Notes under the pieces: model-generated
What the model was told of the DNA's origin: nothing
Database searches by the model: none
What the model saw: only the letters and a program-made list of their open reading frames with translations
From: Candidatus Poseidoniales archaeon
GTDB taxonomy: Archaea; Thermoplasmatota; Poseidoniia; Poseidoniales; Poseidoniaceae
Reading direction: 5' to 3'
Assembly (NCBI GenBank): GCA_019651595.1
Contig: BOYQ01000003.1
Span: 71,627 to 135,626 of the forward strand
Length of the DNA: 64,000 nt
Translations under genes and position numbers: made by a program
Part shown: in pieces, positions 20,851-30,639 of the stretch
Layout: each line of letters begins with the position of its first letter
Numbering within the stretch: position 1 is the first letter of the stretch

Positions 20851-21417
20851 CTACCTCGCTGCGAGTTCGAGGGCCTCGTCGAAGGTGGCCCGCAACTGTT
20901 CCTCGGCCGGCAACCCCGAATAGAGCTCAAATTTTGCTTGGCCTTTGACCGTTCCTGCCTCAGTGCTGTCCACCAGTTTTGGGTTTCCTTCGATCAGGGA
21001 GTTCATGCTCAGTCGGAAGTGCAGCACGCGTTGGTGATCAAGCCGCTGGTCAAATTCTTCCATCAACTGACGCAAGTTCGCCTCACCAAGTCGTGCAAAG
21101 GAGCGGGCGGCTTGCCGCTTGTTCGATGTCGATGCTTTCACGAGCGTGAGTTCTGGTCCGTGGAAGAAACGGGTGCGGTCAAGTTCCACGGCGTCCTCAT
21201 CGCCGATGAGCCACGCCAGCGCATCCGCCAACACGTCGACGTTGGAAACGGCGCTGGCCGTTGCCCTCCAGGTGATGTGATGGAGCCCCACGGTGCTCTC
21301 GTGTCCGGCGAGGGTCAAGAGGTTGCCGAACCGTGGTTTACGACGTCGGTGTTGCGATGAGGCCCATTCAAATAGGGGAGGTGAGTCGGCAACCTGCAAG
21401 TGGGGTAGCCCCCGCAA
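20851..21417 (-). CDS. putative RNA-binding protein of the DUF54 / COG1931 (predicted exosome-associated) family; true start may be internal
   Basis: 'HHITWRATASAVSNVDVLADAL...HGPELTLVKA...RLDHQRVLHFRLSMNSLIEG' resembles the DUF54 pattern (conserved H..G, then R.D....l..RldKq). Weak similarity judged by eye. Confidence 0.4.
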   Translation of the reverse strand: MRGLPHLQVADSPPLFEWASSQHRRRKPRFGNLLTLAGHESTVGLHHITWRATASAVSNVDVLADALAWLIGDEDAVELDRTRFFHGPELTLVKASTSNKRQAARSFARLGEANLRQLMEEFDQRLDHQRVLHFRLSMNSLIEGNPKLVDSTEAGTVKGQAKFELYSGLPAEEQLRATFDEALELAAR

Positions 21418-21437
21418 GACACACCGAGTTGAACGAC

Positions 21438-22388
21438 ATGGCGAAGAAAATCAGTGCAAAGGCACGTGCAGCAGCGCGTAAACAACGTGACAAGTGGAAG
21501 ACGAAGCGATGGTACACCATCCGTGCGCCTCGGCATCCATGGGATTTCAAGCGAATTGGCGAAACAATCGGTGAGTCTGACGAACACATCATCGGCCGCG
21601 TCTACGAGATGACGCAGCAGGAATTTGACGGTAACTTCTCCAAGATGCACGTCGTGATGCGATTCCGCGTCACGGAGTGTGTGGGCCAAGATGCGCTTAC
21701 CACCTTCATCGGCCACCACCACCAAACCGACCACACCCGTCGACAAATCCGACGCTACCGTGGCAAAGTGGACGACGTCGTTGACGTGGTGACCACCGAC
21801 GGTTACCTCGTCCGAATGAAGCCGCTCATCATCACCCAGCAGCGCGTGCAGACCTCGGTCAAGCAAGACATGCGAACTCGCGCCCGGGACATCATCATCG
21901 CCTTTTGTGCCAAGAACACGTACTCGGATGTTCAGCGAGCCTTGCTCGACGGCAAACTTGAGGACGAGATCGAAAAAGGCGTGAAGTCAATCTATCCCGT
22001 TCGCTCGGTGGCCGTCCGAAAGAGTCAGCTCCTGCAAGAAGGTGTGGTGGCTTCCGACGGCCCAACCCTGGATGAAATCCACGCCCAGGAAGAACGCCAG
22101 GCCGCCGAACTGAAGGCGAAGAAAGCAGCGGCCCTCGCTGCCGCCATGGCTGAAGAAGCAGGCGAGATGGATGAAGAAGCCGACGACGGCGACGAGGCCG
22201 TTGAGGCCGAGGCTGAAGCCGAGCCTGTTCAAGAGGAAGCAGCACCCGCCGAAGAAGCCGCACCTGCTGAGGACGCCGGGGCCGACTACGACAGCATGAC
22301 GGTTGCCGAACTCAAAGAACTCCTCAAGGCCGCTGGCAAGCCGGTCTCTGGAAAGAAAGCCGACCTCATCGCTCGTCTCAACGAGTGA
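21438..22388 (+). CDS. rps3ae: 30S ribosomal protein S3Ae (eS1) with about 100-aa acidic linker and C-terminal SAP-like domain
   Basis: 'KKISAKARAAARKQRDKWKTKRWYTIRAPR...GRVYEMTQQEFDGNFSKMHVVMRFRVTEC' is typical S3Ae. The C-terminal 'MTVAELKELLKAAGKPVSGKKADLIARL' fits the SAP/HeH motif. The ATG at 21438 was chosen inside ORF 21333-22388. Confidence 0.9.
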   Translation: MAKKISAKARAAARKQRDKWKTKRWYTIRAPRHPWDFKRIGETIGESDEHIIGRVYEMTQQEFDGNFSKMHVVMRFRVTECVGQDALTTFIGHHHQTDHTRRQIRRYRGKVDDVVDVVTTDGYLVRMKPLIITQQRVQTSVKQDMRTRARDIIIAFCAKNTYSDVQRALLDGKLEDEIEKGVKSIYPVRSVAVRKSQLLQEGVVASDGPTLDEIHAQEERQAAELKAKKAAALAAAMAEEAGEMDEEADDGDEAVEAEAEAEPVQEEAAPAEEAAPAEDAGADYDSMTVAELKELLKAAGKPVSGKKADLIARLNE

Positions 22389-22449
22389 ACGACCCGCCGC
22401 CGAGGCTGAACGCCGCAGGTTTGAGAAGTGGGGACACGGAGGCTCGTGC

Positions 22450-23229
22450 ATGCGTTTGGGCGTCATTGGTGGGACCGGACTGGTCAACTTGGATTTGCGT
22501 CAGCAACTCGGTGACAGCGGTACGTTGATCCGACAGGACGACGTTGAGGTAGAGACGGCGTTTGGGCCGGTGCCTTTGCGCCTCTGCACGGTTCAAATCG
22601 GACAGGACGAACATGAAGTGGTGTTCCTCCAGCGACACCACAACGACACGGGCCACGGTCGACCGCCCCATGTGATCAACCACAAAGCCAACCTTTCAGC
22701 GATGCACGGCGCCAACGTTGAGGCGGTTTTGTCTGTTTGTTCCGTAGGCGCCATCGCTTCCACGTTTCCGCCGGGGAAGGTCGCCCTTGCGGACCAGTAC
22801 ATCGATTTCACTGGTGTCTCAACCACGTTTCATGACGGTGAAGCGACCTTTACGTCGGCCACCGTTCCTTTCAGCCCGTCGTTGAACGAGCGGTTAGAAG
22901 CCATTCTTCGAACGCAGCAGCCCGAGTTTGCGGATGGTCCGTTCCGCTACACCTACTGGTTAACTCAAGGTCCGCAGTTTGAAACCGTCGCTGAGGTGGA
23001 CGCCATCGAGCGATTGGGCGGGGACATGGTTGGCATGACGATGCCCAGGGAGGCCAAGCTTGCGCTGGAACTTGACCTTCCCTACGCTGCCGTTTGCATT
23101 TCATCGAACTGGGCCGCAGGCCGAGACCCCGCTGACAGCGAAAAAGCACTTGACCATCTCGACGTGTCCGCACAGGCCAACGACCGCCTTGGTCCCGTTT
23201 GGGCCTGCATCACGGGCATGCTCACGTGA
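22450..23229 (+). CDS. mtnP: S-methyl-5'-thioadenosine phosphorylase / purine nucleoside phosphorylase family
   Basis: 'MRLGVIGGTGL', 'FLQRHH...PPHVINHKANL' and 'GPQFETVAEVDAIERLGGDMVGMTMPREAKLALE' are MTAP family blocks. Confidence 0.8.
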   Translation: MRLGVIGGTGLVNLDLRQQLGDSGTLIRQDDVEVETAFGPVPLRLCTVQIGQDEHEVVFLQRHHNDTGHGRPPHVINHKANLSAMHGANVEAVLSVCSVGAIASTFPPGKVALADQYIDFTGVSTTFHDGEATFTSATVPFSPSLNERLEAILRTQQPEFADGPFRYTYWLTQGPQFETVAEVDAIERLGGDMVGMTMPREAKLALELDLPYAAVCISSNWAAGRDPADSEKALDHLDVSAQANDRLGPVWACITGMLT

Positions 23230-23266
23230 CACAAACATGATGGACGGAAGGCGTTGAAACCCAGCC

Positions 23267-23635
23267 ATGAACGGTCGTTCTGTGGAAGGTTGGATGGCGC
23301 ACGAGCCGGCGGACGAATGGGACGTCATGATGAAGAAAGTCGCAGCGTTTCATGCAAAACATGACTTTGCCGGCCAGAACGGCCACGATATGGGCTACCG
23401 GTTGGCGTTGACCATCGAGGAGTTGGGTGAACTGGCCGCCGCGGTCACGAAAGGAAAACCGCTTGAGGAGTGTGCTGAGGAAATGGCCGACGTGCTCATT
23501 CTCCTGATGGGGCACAGTTTGGCAATGGAGTTGGATTTGAAAGCCGCTTTTGAGAAGAAATATGCGCGCATCATGAAGCGTGAGGCGCTCCAAGGACGAC
23601 TTGGTGTTCGAGTGACGGAATATCGTCCGGAGTGA
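23267..23635 (+). CDS. MazG-like nucleotide pyrophosphohydrolase (all-alpha NTP-PPase)
   Basis: 'LTIEELGELAAAV...ECAEEMADVLILLMG...LDLKAAFEKKYARI' shows the EExxE/ExxD helix pattern of MazG-type proteins. Confidence 0.55.
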   Translation: MNGRSVEGWMAHEPADEWDVMMKKVAAFHAKHDFAGQNGHDMGYRLALTIEELGELAAAVTKGKPLEECAEEMADVLILLMGHSLAMELDLKAAFEKKYARIMKREALQGRLGVRVTEYRPE

Positions 23636-24106
23636 TCAAGCAATCCAGTGCTGAAACGTCATGGCGTGCTCGTCCCGCTCCCCGGGTTCAACGCGTCGTT
23701 CGGTCAGGAGATAAAACTCGTCGGCGTCAATCGCCGGTGCGTAGGTGTCAGCGTCCTCCACGACGGTGTGTATGACGGTGCGGTGGATTTCTTTGGCGTA
23801 GGGAAGAAACAGGGCGTAGATTTCGCCTCCTCCAATGATCATTACGTCATCTTCATCCGAGAGCGCCATCACTTCGTCAAACGACATCGTCTCCACCTCG
23901 GCCTCGACCCCTTGACGTGTCATGACCACGTTGCGACGATGGGGAAGCGGACGACCGAGGCTCTCCCATGTTTTTCGCCCCATCACCACGACCTTGTTGA
24001 GCGTGGTCTGCTTGAAGTGCTTGAGGTCAGTTGACTGCCGCCACGGCAGGTCCCCACCTTTCCCGATGGCGCCGTTTTCGTCGCAAGCGAAAATCATTGA
24101 CAGCAT
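23636..24106 (-). CDS. folA: dihydrofolate reductase
   Basis: 'MIFACDENGAIGKGGDLPWRQSTDLKHFKQTTLNKVVVMGRKTWESLGRPLPHRRNVVMTR' is the classical DHFR N-terminus. Confidence 0.9.
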   Translation of the reverse strand: MLSMIFACDENGAIGKGGDLPWRQSTDLKHFKQTTLNKVVVMGRKTWESLGRPLPHRRNVVMTRQGVEAEVETMSFDEVMALSDEDDVMIIGGGEIYALFLPYAKEIHRTVIHTVVEDADTYAPAIDADEFYLLTERRVEPGERDEHAMTFQHWIA

Positions 24107-24115
24107 GGGAACACC

Positions 24116-24910
24116 TCAAACGGAAATGGGCGCTTTGATGTGAGGGTGGTGCTCGTACCCGACCACCTCGATGTCGTCGTAGGTGAAGTCGTCAATGTCC
24201 TTGATGGCCGGGTTCAACTTCAGCGTTGGGAGCGGCAGAGGCGTGCGCGTGATTTGCAAGCGTGCTTGGTCGAGATGGTTGTTGTACAGGTGGGCATCGC
24301 CCAGCGTGTGGACAAAGACACCCGGTTCAAGGTCACACACCTGCGCCATCATGTGCGTCAGAAGGGCGTACGAGGCGATGTTGAAGGGAACCCCGAGAAA
24401 CACGTCGGCGCTGCGCTGGTAAAGTTGACAGTTTAACCGCCCCTCAGCAACGTGAAACTGGAAGAAAGCATGGCACGGCATCAGCGCCATCTCGTCAAGT
24501 TCGCCAACGTTCCAGGCCGACACGATGATTCGACGGCTGTTGGGGTTGGTTTTGATGGTCTCAATCGCCTGTTGCACCTGGTCGATGATCCGGCCGTCCT
24601 TGGTCTCCCAACGGCGCCATTGTTTTCCATAGACGGGCCCAAGGTCTCCGTTTTCGTCGGCCCACTCGTTCCAAATCCGCACGCCGTTGTCCTGAAGGTA
24701 CTTCACGTTGGTCTCGCCCTTGAGGAACCAGAGAAGTTCGTGCACGATGGAGGGCAGGTGGAGTTTCTTGGTGGTCACCATCGGGAACCCCTCCGCAAGG
24801 TCGAACCGCATTTGGTAACCAAATACCGACTTGGTGCCTGTCCCCGTCCGGTCGCCTTTGTCGGCGCCTTGGTCGAGGATGTGTCGCATCAAGTCAAGGT
24901 AGGTTTCCAC
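24116..24910 (-). CDS. thyA: thymidylate synthase ThyA
   Basis: '[62 protein letters not shown]...[11 protein letters not shown]...[16 protein letters not shown]' is highly conserved ThyA sequence, including the catalytic Cys in 'PCH'. Confidence 0.95.
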   Translation of the reverse strand: METYLDLMRHILDQGADKGDRTGTGTKSVFGYQMRFDLAEGFPMVTTKKLHLPSIVHELLWFLKGETNVKYLQDNGVRIWNEWADENGDLGPVYGKQWRRWETKDGRIIDQVQQAIETIKTNPNSRRIIVSAWNVGELDEMALMPCHAFFQFHVAEGRLNCQLYQRSADVFLGVPFNIASYALLTHMMAQVCDLEPGVFVHTLGDAHLYNNHLDQARLQITRTPLPLPTLKLNPAIKDIDDFTYDDIEVVGYEHHPHIKAPISV

Positions 24911-24955
24911 AGGACCACCTGTCTCAAACCAGCGGAGGAAGCACTTAGGCGTTGT

Positions 24956-25720
24956 TCAAGCCCTGAAGGCGTCATCGGGGAGGAACAAAAGATCGCTGGG
25001 GACACTCGGTCGTTGAGCGTAAGCGACCAGCGCCTCCGGAGGGACCTCGGCAAACAGAGGAGCTGTGTATCGTTTGACAGCTTCAATTTCCATCCCTTTG
25101 CAGGTGTAGCATCGACGGCAGAAGCAACACAGCATGTCAATGGCGGCCTGCGGAATACCCAGGGCCAACGCTTGTCGGATGTCCTCGATTTCTTCGATGT
25201 CTTCGAGGGTGAGGTCGATTTTCCCCAAGCGTAATCGGCGTGCTCGCTGTTCAATTTGGGCGGCCTGAGCAAAATCTCGTAGGGTGTGGGGCGTCGCGCC
25301 GTCCGGCCAATTGGCTTCGCCCAACAACACCAAGGACACCAAGGCGTCGGCGATGGCGCAACCTGGGTGGTTCATGTTGTAGAGGATGCAGACTCGCTCC
25401 ACGGTCCCGACCGATCGATTTCGCCCCCGGTGGATGTGGACCTCGAGATGCGGGTCGCGTCTGATGAGAAAACCCAGGATGGTTTTCACCACGTCGATGC
25501 GCAGTTCAAAGCCGTCAAGGCCGGCGACGAGGTTGGTGTTTCCGGTGAGGGCACACACCTCACGACTCCATGTTTTGGTGCCGCTGACGACCTCCTCCAG
25601 CAGGTCCAATCCTCGCAGTTCAGCGCTGATCCGGTCGGCGGTGGCCTGATCCCCACCGTCCTCGGGTGCTGAGATGTTTAACAGGCCAAAGGGGGTATGG
25701 TGCAAGCTCACGCTGTTCAT
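24956..25720 (-). CDS. hypothetical protein with C-terminal Cys cluster (CCFCRRCYTC)
   Basis: The internal ATG at 25720 was chosen so that the gene does not overlap plsC. No family recognised. It is co-directional with thyA-folA. Confidence 0.5.
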   Translation of the reverse strand: MNSVSLHHTPFGLLNISAPEDGGDQATADRISAELRGLDLLEEVVSGTKTWSREVCALTGNTNLVAGLDGFELRIDVVKTILGFLIRRDPHLEVHIHRGRNRSVGTVERVCILYNMNHPGCAIADALVSLVLLGEANWPDGATPHTLRDFAQAAQIEQRARRLRLGKIDLTLEDIEEIEDIRQALALGIPQAAIDMLCCFCRRCYTCKGMEIEAVKRYTAPLFAEVPPEALVAYAQRPSVPSDLLFLPDDAFRA

Positions 25721-25743
25721 GGCTTGCGACCGTATTTGTACTC

Positions 25744-26576
25744 TCAAGGTGCGCCGAGCGCCGTGAGCGAGGCCATGAGTTGGTCGGTGAAGGTTCGGTA
25801 CATTCGAGCCAACTCCGAGCGGACCTCGTGGTCCTCCGCCTGCGCCAGGGTTTGAAGCGAGGCAGGCGTCATGTTGCCGCCGTCGGCGGAACCCAACCAT
25901 TGCAGCCACGACACCCCTTCGCCAGCGTTGACGTCAAAACGGCGATGAAGGCGGGGCCATTTGTGGTGTTGCGGTTCCATCACTTCGCGCGTCCCCACCA
26001 GAGCAATCGGTACAACGACGGCGTGCGGGTGAGCCGCAGCAAGTCGTGCGACGCCCGTTTTTCCGGGCAGCAAAAACGGGGCTTCCTTTCGCTTTGAGCG
26101 GGTGCCTTCCGGAAAGATGCCAAGCGCCTTCCCGTTGATGAGAATGTTGGCGGCGCTGGCCAGCGCATCGCTTCCGCCGCCTCCCGATGGGTCTCAATTT
26201 GGCCCGTAGCGTGCATGACAAATCGTGTCATGGGGTTACTGAAATGCCCGTCCTTGGCGAGGTAATGCGTGGTTCTGCGGGCGGCCGCAATGACGGCGAT
26301 GGGGTCAACGTGGGAGAGGTGGTTGGCTGCAAGAATGGTGGCGCCCGTTCGAGGTATGCGGTCGGCCCCGTGAATTCGCCACCGGAGCAACGGTCGAAGG
26401 GCCGGGGACAAAAACATCCTCAGGGCGGAATACACGGGTGTCTTAGGAAGAGGTTGAGGACTTGGCTCAATGGCCCAGTGCTCCCGCAACGCCGACCACG
26501 CCGCTTCAAGTTCCTCCGTGCTGCTCACGTTGAATGTTCCTCGGGTGGGGGTTTGATGTTTATTCAGTGCATCCAC
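25744..26576 (-). CDS. plsC: 1-acyl-sn-glycerol-3-phosphate acyltransferase-like (PlsC family), frameshifted
   Basis: Fragments 25980-26576 and 25744-26073. It has the H(x)4D acyltransferase motif 'ANHLSHVDP'. The downstream block reads 'FPEGTRS' in a shifted frame, followed by 'LPGKTGVARLA'. Confidence 0.75.
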
Positions 26577-26650
26577 CCTCTGCGGCTGATTTCACGGGTG
26601 ATGAGTGGTCCGAGGACAAGCGTGAAAGGGCAAGGGCAGGACGGGGCGCC

Positions 26651-27870
26651 ATGGGCAAGACCCAACGGCGGAGCCTCTCGGTCTTCTTGGGGTTCCTCAT
26701 CGTATCGGTGGTCGCTCACCCGGTGGCTCTTGCAGAGGCTGCTTGGGAAGAGGACGGGTGGCTTCGGACCTCGTTTGCCAAGGAACGACTTGACCTCGGC
26801 GACGAATTTGGATGCTACGGCATGCCGGGGCTCTCATGGTCCAACGACCCCGGTGCGGTTGCCAACGCATGCAAGACCTACATCGAAGAGCGTACCAACG
26901 CCAGCCGTTGGGGCGTTTCACCCCTGTCCATTTTCACGCCCCCCACGCTCACGATGGCCGATCACACCAAAGTAGCGAGCCAGGGGTTCGTCGTTCACGG
27001 GGGACGAGACCGGCCTCGAAGACACGGCTTGGCACGATGAAACCGACCGTCCTGCTGACCTCTGGGAGTGGTACAACTTGGGCCGTCGAGGCGGAAGCCT
27101 CGAGAAAGGCATCGCTTCCCTTGAAGACCTGCAAACGGAGGTAGAAGCCGGTGGTTTGGTGAATCTCTACTGGATCGGTCGCGTGAACGACGCCACCGTC
27201 CGGCACGACCGTGATGTGCTTGCGTACTTGGACGAGGCTCCCAACGTTTGGCTTACCACGTGGGGTGAGGCTTGGTCTTCTTGGTCCGGGAAGCGATGCT
27301 ACGAATACCAGCGAGACGTTGTCGAGGTTGAGGGGAAGACGGTCATCACCTTCGAATCAAAGGAAACAGAGGTTTGTCGTTCGGTGTTTGACGAGTTGCC
27401 GTGGAACGTTCCTTTGACCTGGCTCATCGACGTCGAAGGTGCATCGGTGACCGACGTCTCAAGCCACGGCACTTCCTTGCGACTTCCCTCTATAGAAGGG
27501 GAGAAGGTGGCTAAGGAAGGGTGGTGGCAACAAGCGGATGGGACGTTGGTGCTGTCCGTCCTCAACGGGCATGCCGTGAACATCACGGTGAACGCCACCG
27601 GGATTGAACACGACATCCTCGCTCAGACCGAATTCTTCAACAATCATTCAGCGGCTGTCACGGTCGCTGGCCACGAGACGACGGACCTGTTCAAATGGGC
27701 CAAGCGATTTGTTGACGACACCGATGTTCGGTTCACTTGGTTGGTTCAACCGCGGCCTGCCGAGGCCGCCGATGCTTGGATTCCCTACGCTGTGGTCGGT
27801 GTTAGCGTTTTGACCGTGTTCATCATGCTGGGTGTCCTCGGACGGGAGGGCCTTGGACCTGGTCAAGTTT
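26651..27870 (+). CDS. hypothetical secreted protein with C-terminal TM anchor; one frameshift, and the 3' end is lost in degraded sequence
   Basis: The signal peptide is 'RSLSVFLGFLIVSVVAHPVALAEA'. Fragments 26534-27040 and 27078-28361 join at the G5 run 26999-27003. The TM helix is 'WIPYAVVGVSVLTVFIMLGVLG'. The end coordinate is approximate. Confidence 0.55.
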
Positions 27871-29870
27871 GGCGAACCGAAAAGGGGGGCAAAAAGGCGT
27901 TCTCAGACGGGGAAAAACAAGCGAAGCCGATGCTGACGGGGGAAGCCGGGGGGTTTGGGAGGAAAAACATGGCCAAGACGACCTCGTCATTGTTTCCCCA
28001 ATCCACCGATTATGATCGAATCATCGACCTTTTTCGGTTCTACGCCGATGGAGGGTGCCCGTTTCCCCGTCCAAACCCCATCGGCGCGGTTTTTGGCCCG
28101 TCTCGAGCCCGTCCCCCCAAGGAAAACCCACGGAAAACCCCTTCCCTTTCCTCCCCGGGGGGAATTTTGGGACAAATGAAATTTTGGTCATTCCATGGGG
28201 GGAAAGGCCAGGGGGTTTCCCAAGCAGCAGGGGGGCGGGGCCATCGCCGGGCGGCCCTTTTTAAAAGTCAAGGGACTGGGTGTTTCCGGAAAGGGCCCAC
28301 CCCCCAGGAGCTTTTTCGCATTTTATGCAGCCTTGGGCCTCGTTGGGACCCAAGAATTTAATCCCCCCCGTCGTTCACCCTTGGGTTTCCCCGTCGGGAA
28401 CGAACCCCTCTTTAATTTGAAGCGTTTCCGGTTTTGGGGGAGAAACCAACCTATCCGCCCCTCTTGTCCAAGTCGGTGATATTTTACACCCCAAATCGAC
28501 AAATAGGCGGTCTCCGACCCTCGTTGTGCCGTGGCGTTGCCCCAGGACCCCATTTTCCGCTTGAGGGCTTCCAAAACCAATTGGTTCAACCGGGTGGAGT
28601 CCCTCGGAGGAGGGCCCAAAAAGCCCCCTCGGTGCACGATGAGAACCCCGAGGTTTTGGGGGAAAACCCCCCCAAACGGTGGGGTTTGACAAACCCGCCC
28701 CCCGGGGCCCGGGGGTCGTTAAAACCCGTTGCAGCCTTGGGTTTCTCTGACATCATGCCCGGCCCCGCGGCACCGTTCCATTCCATCGGCCACCACGGGA
28801 AAAGACGCCCTTCGATGGCCTCTTGCGCCCGAGCGGTCTTTGGGCGGTGGGATTGATGGCCCCCATCGACCTACCATCACTTCGCTGTGGGGGATGACCG
28901 GGGACAAGATACAGCAGTCAGCCGAAAACCCCCTTTTGTTCCTGCGGGACGATATCCCCCGGGTCGAAAGAAGATCAAGCGGGCGTTCTCGGGAGGACAA
29001 CCCACCGTTAGGAACACCGTTTTGGGTGGAAACCCCGACATTGATTCCCCTTTATCAGTACATGATGTACTTTTCGAGGAAGACGACCCCTTCCCCTTGA
29101 GTGAAATCAACGCAGCGTTAGAGCCGGAACGTTGCGGGGGTGAGATGAAGCAACTCTGCATCAAAGCGCGCCACGGCATGGATGGCCAACCCCCATGAAA
29201 AGGTGGCCCCAAAAACCCCCCATCGGGTGTCAGGTTCCTCGCGAAGTTCACGCTGAACCCGTCGTGTCGCCGGGGGAAAAAAACCCCCGGGTCAGGCCAA
29301 AGGGAAGGGGGGGCCAACCGTCCTCCGTCAGCGGGTCGCCCTTTGCATCGGGGGGGGAGGATATCGAATCCCCGGTGCGGGTCGAGGAGCAAGAGGGTCC
29401 GGGTTCGGCCTCGGCCCCCCCAAAATTGGCGAGGGTCGGGGTCATGTGCTGCAGCGTGGCCATCGCCCCATCGGGGCGTGCGTTGGGTTTCCCTTTGGCT
29501 GCCAAGAATTGGTTTGAGGGGGTCATTCCCACCATGTTGATGATTCTTAAAACCGGTGAAAAACGCCCTCGACGTTGGGGGAAAAATAACCGGTGGAACT
29601 CGTTCCTGGGGTTTACTTCCCAAAACCAGTTCGGGAACGGACACGGTGCAGGGCGAGGGGAACCCCCGGGCCGGGGGCCCCCAGTTTTTTTTTTCCAAAG
29701 ATGACCATCGACCACCCCCTGCTTTTCCCCCCGGCGGAATAAATCCTTTGCCTCCCCGCAGGGCGTGGCCGGGTGGGACCCCGTGGGGTTGCCGGGAAAT
29801 AGGGGATTTCATCGATGTGGGCGATCATGTTCACGCCCCCATGAAGAACAAAACGGGGACGGGGGGTCGA
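27860..29870. other. homopolymer-stuttered, non-translatable stretch (probable low-quality or misassembled sequence)
   Basis: Runs of 4-9 identical bases recur every few nucleotides (for example 'aaaaggggggcaaaaagg', 'cccccccgtcg', 'gggggggagg', 'ccagttttttttttcc'). All six frames give G/P/R/K-rich nonsense. Both flanking convergent genes lose their 3' ends here. Confidence 0.7.
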
Positions 29871-30292
29871 TCGATTGCTCCTTCATCCGTACACGTCCTT
29901 TTTAGGTCGTCGGCGTCAACGGCGAACCCTTCCATTTCCCTGCCTCTGATGCCCCGACAGCCCTGTGGGAGCAGCAGCAGACGGGTGTCAGTGATGCGAA
30001 TGATTTGACCCTGGACGTCCCCTTCCACAAATCGATGAAGCATGGTCAGCGCCTGATTAAACTCCGTTGTTCGCTTCATCATTCGCTTCAACTCCACCAC
30101 GCATCCGTGTCCGTCGGCCACCCAATCCATCAGTTGGCCGCACCCCGTTAAATCGAGCAGCGTGGAGTTGTGCAGCACCATTTCTCCCTCGTAGAGCGGG
30201 ACCGGGGCGTCCGGGTACAACTGACCCAAATTGTGGTACGTCACCTCACCCCTCGGCATTCGCGATGCGGGTGCGCGTGAGGAGCTGGGCAT
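29870..30292 (-). CDS. hypothetical protein, 3' end truncated by the degraded region
   Basis: The clean coding-like segment 'MPRGEVTYHNLGQLYPDAPVPLYEGEMVLHNSTLLDLTGCGQLMDWVADGHGCVVELKR...' lies within ORF 29831-30511. The family is not recognised and both ends are uncertain. Confidence 0.4.
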
Positions 30293-30639
30293 GGAAAAAT
30301 TCGGGGCCCCGCACCGGCCTTGGGGGCAGGCGCCTGTCAGCCGGGGTTTTGGTCCAGCTTGGCTTCTGCAGCCTCGGGGAGGTCGGGTCCGGCATTTCAG
30401 GAACCGACGGTTAAATCGGTGGTGGTGAAGCATCGGGTTGTAAAAAGGCATCAAGCGAAGACTGGGCTTCGTCTTTTCTTTCGCCTTCTTCGCCGCACGC
30501 CCGACGGTCAAAGACGAGGCTTCTTCAACACTCCCCGCTATTTAGGGCAGGAGCCGGATTTGGTTTGTGGAGGCATCATCCGTTGCAACCAGACCCTCAA
30601 TGCCCAAGGTTCAAGAAGTGTCGGGGGAGTCAGGGATTC

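Noticed and set aside
28877-29812. 311-aa minus-strand ORF (and 27078-28361 tail, 29248-29715) inside the stuttered region
   Set aside because: Its composition is dominated by G, P, R and K generated by homopolymer runs, and no frame is consistent for more than a few dozen codons. It was treated as an artefact of degraded sequence, not as genes.
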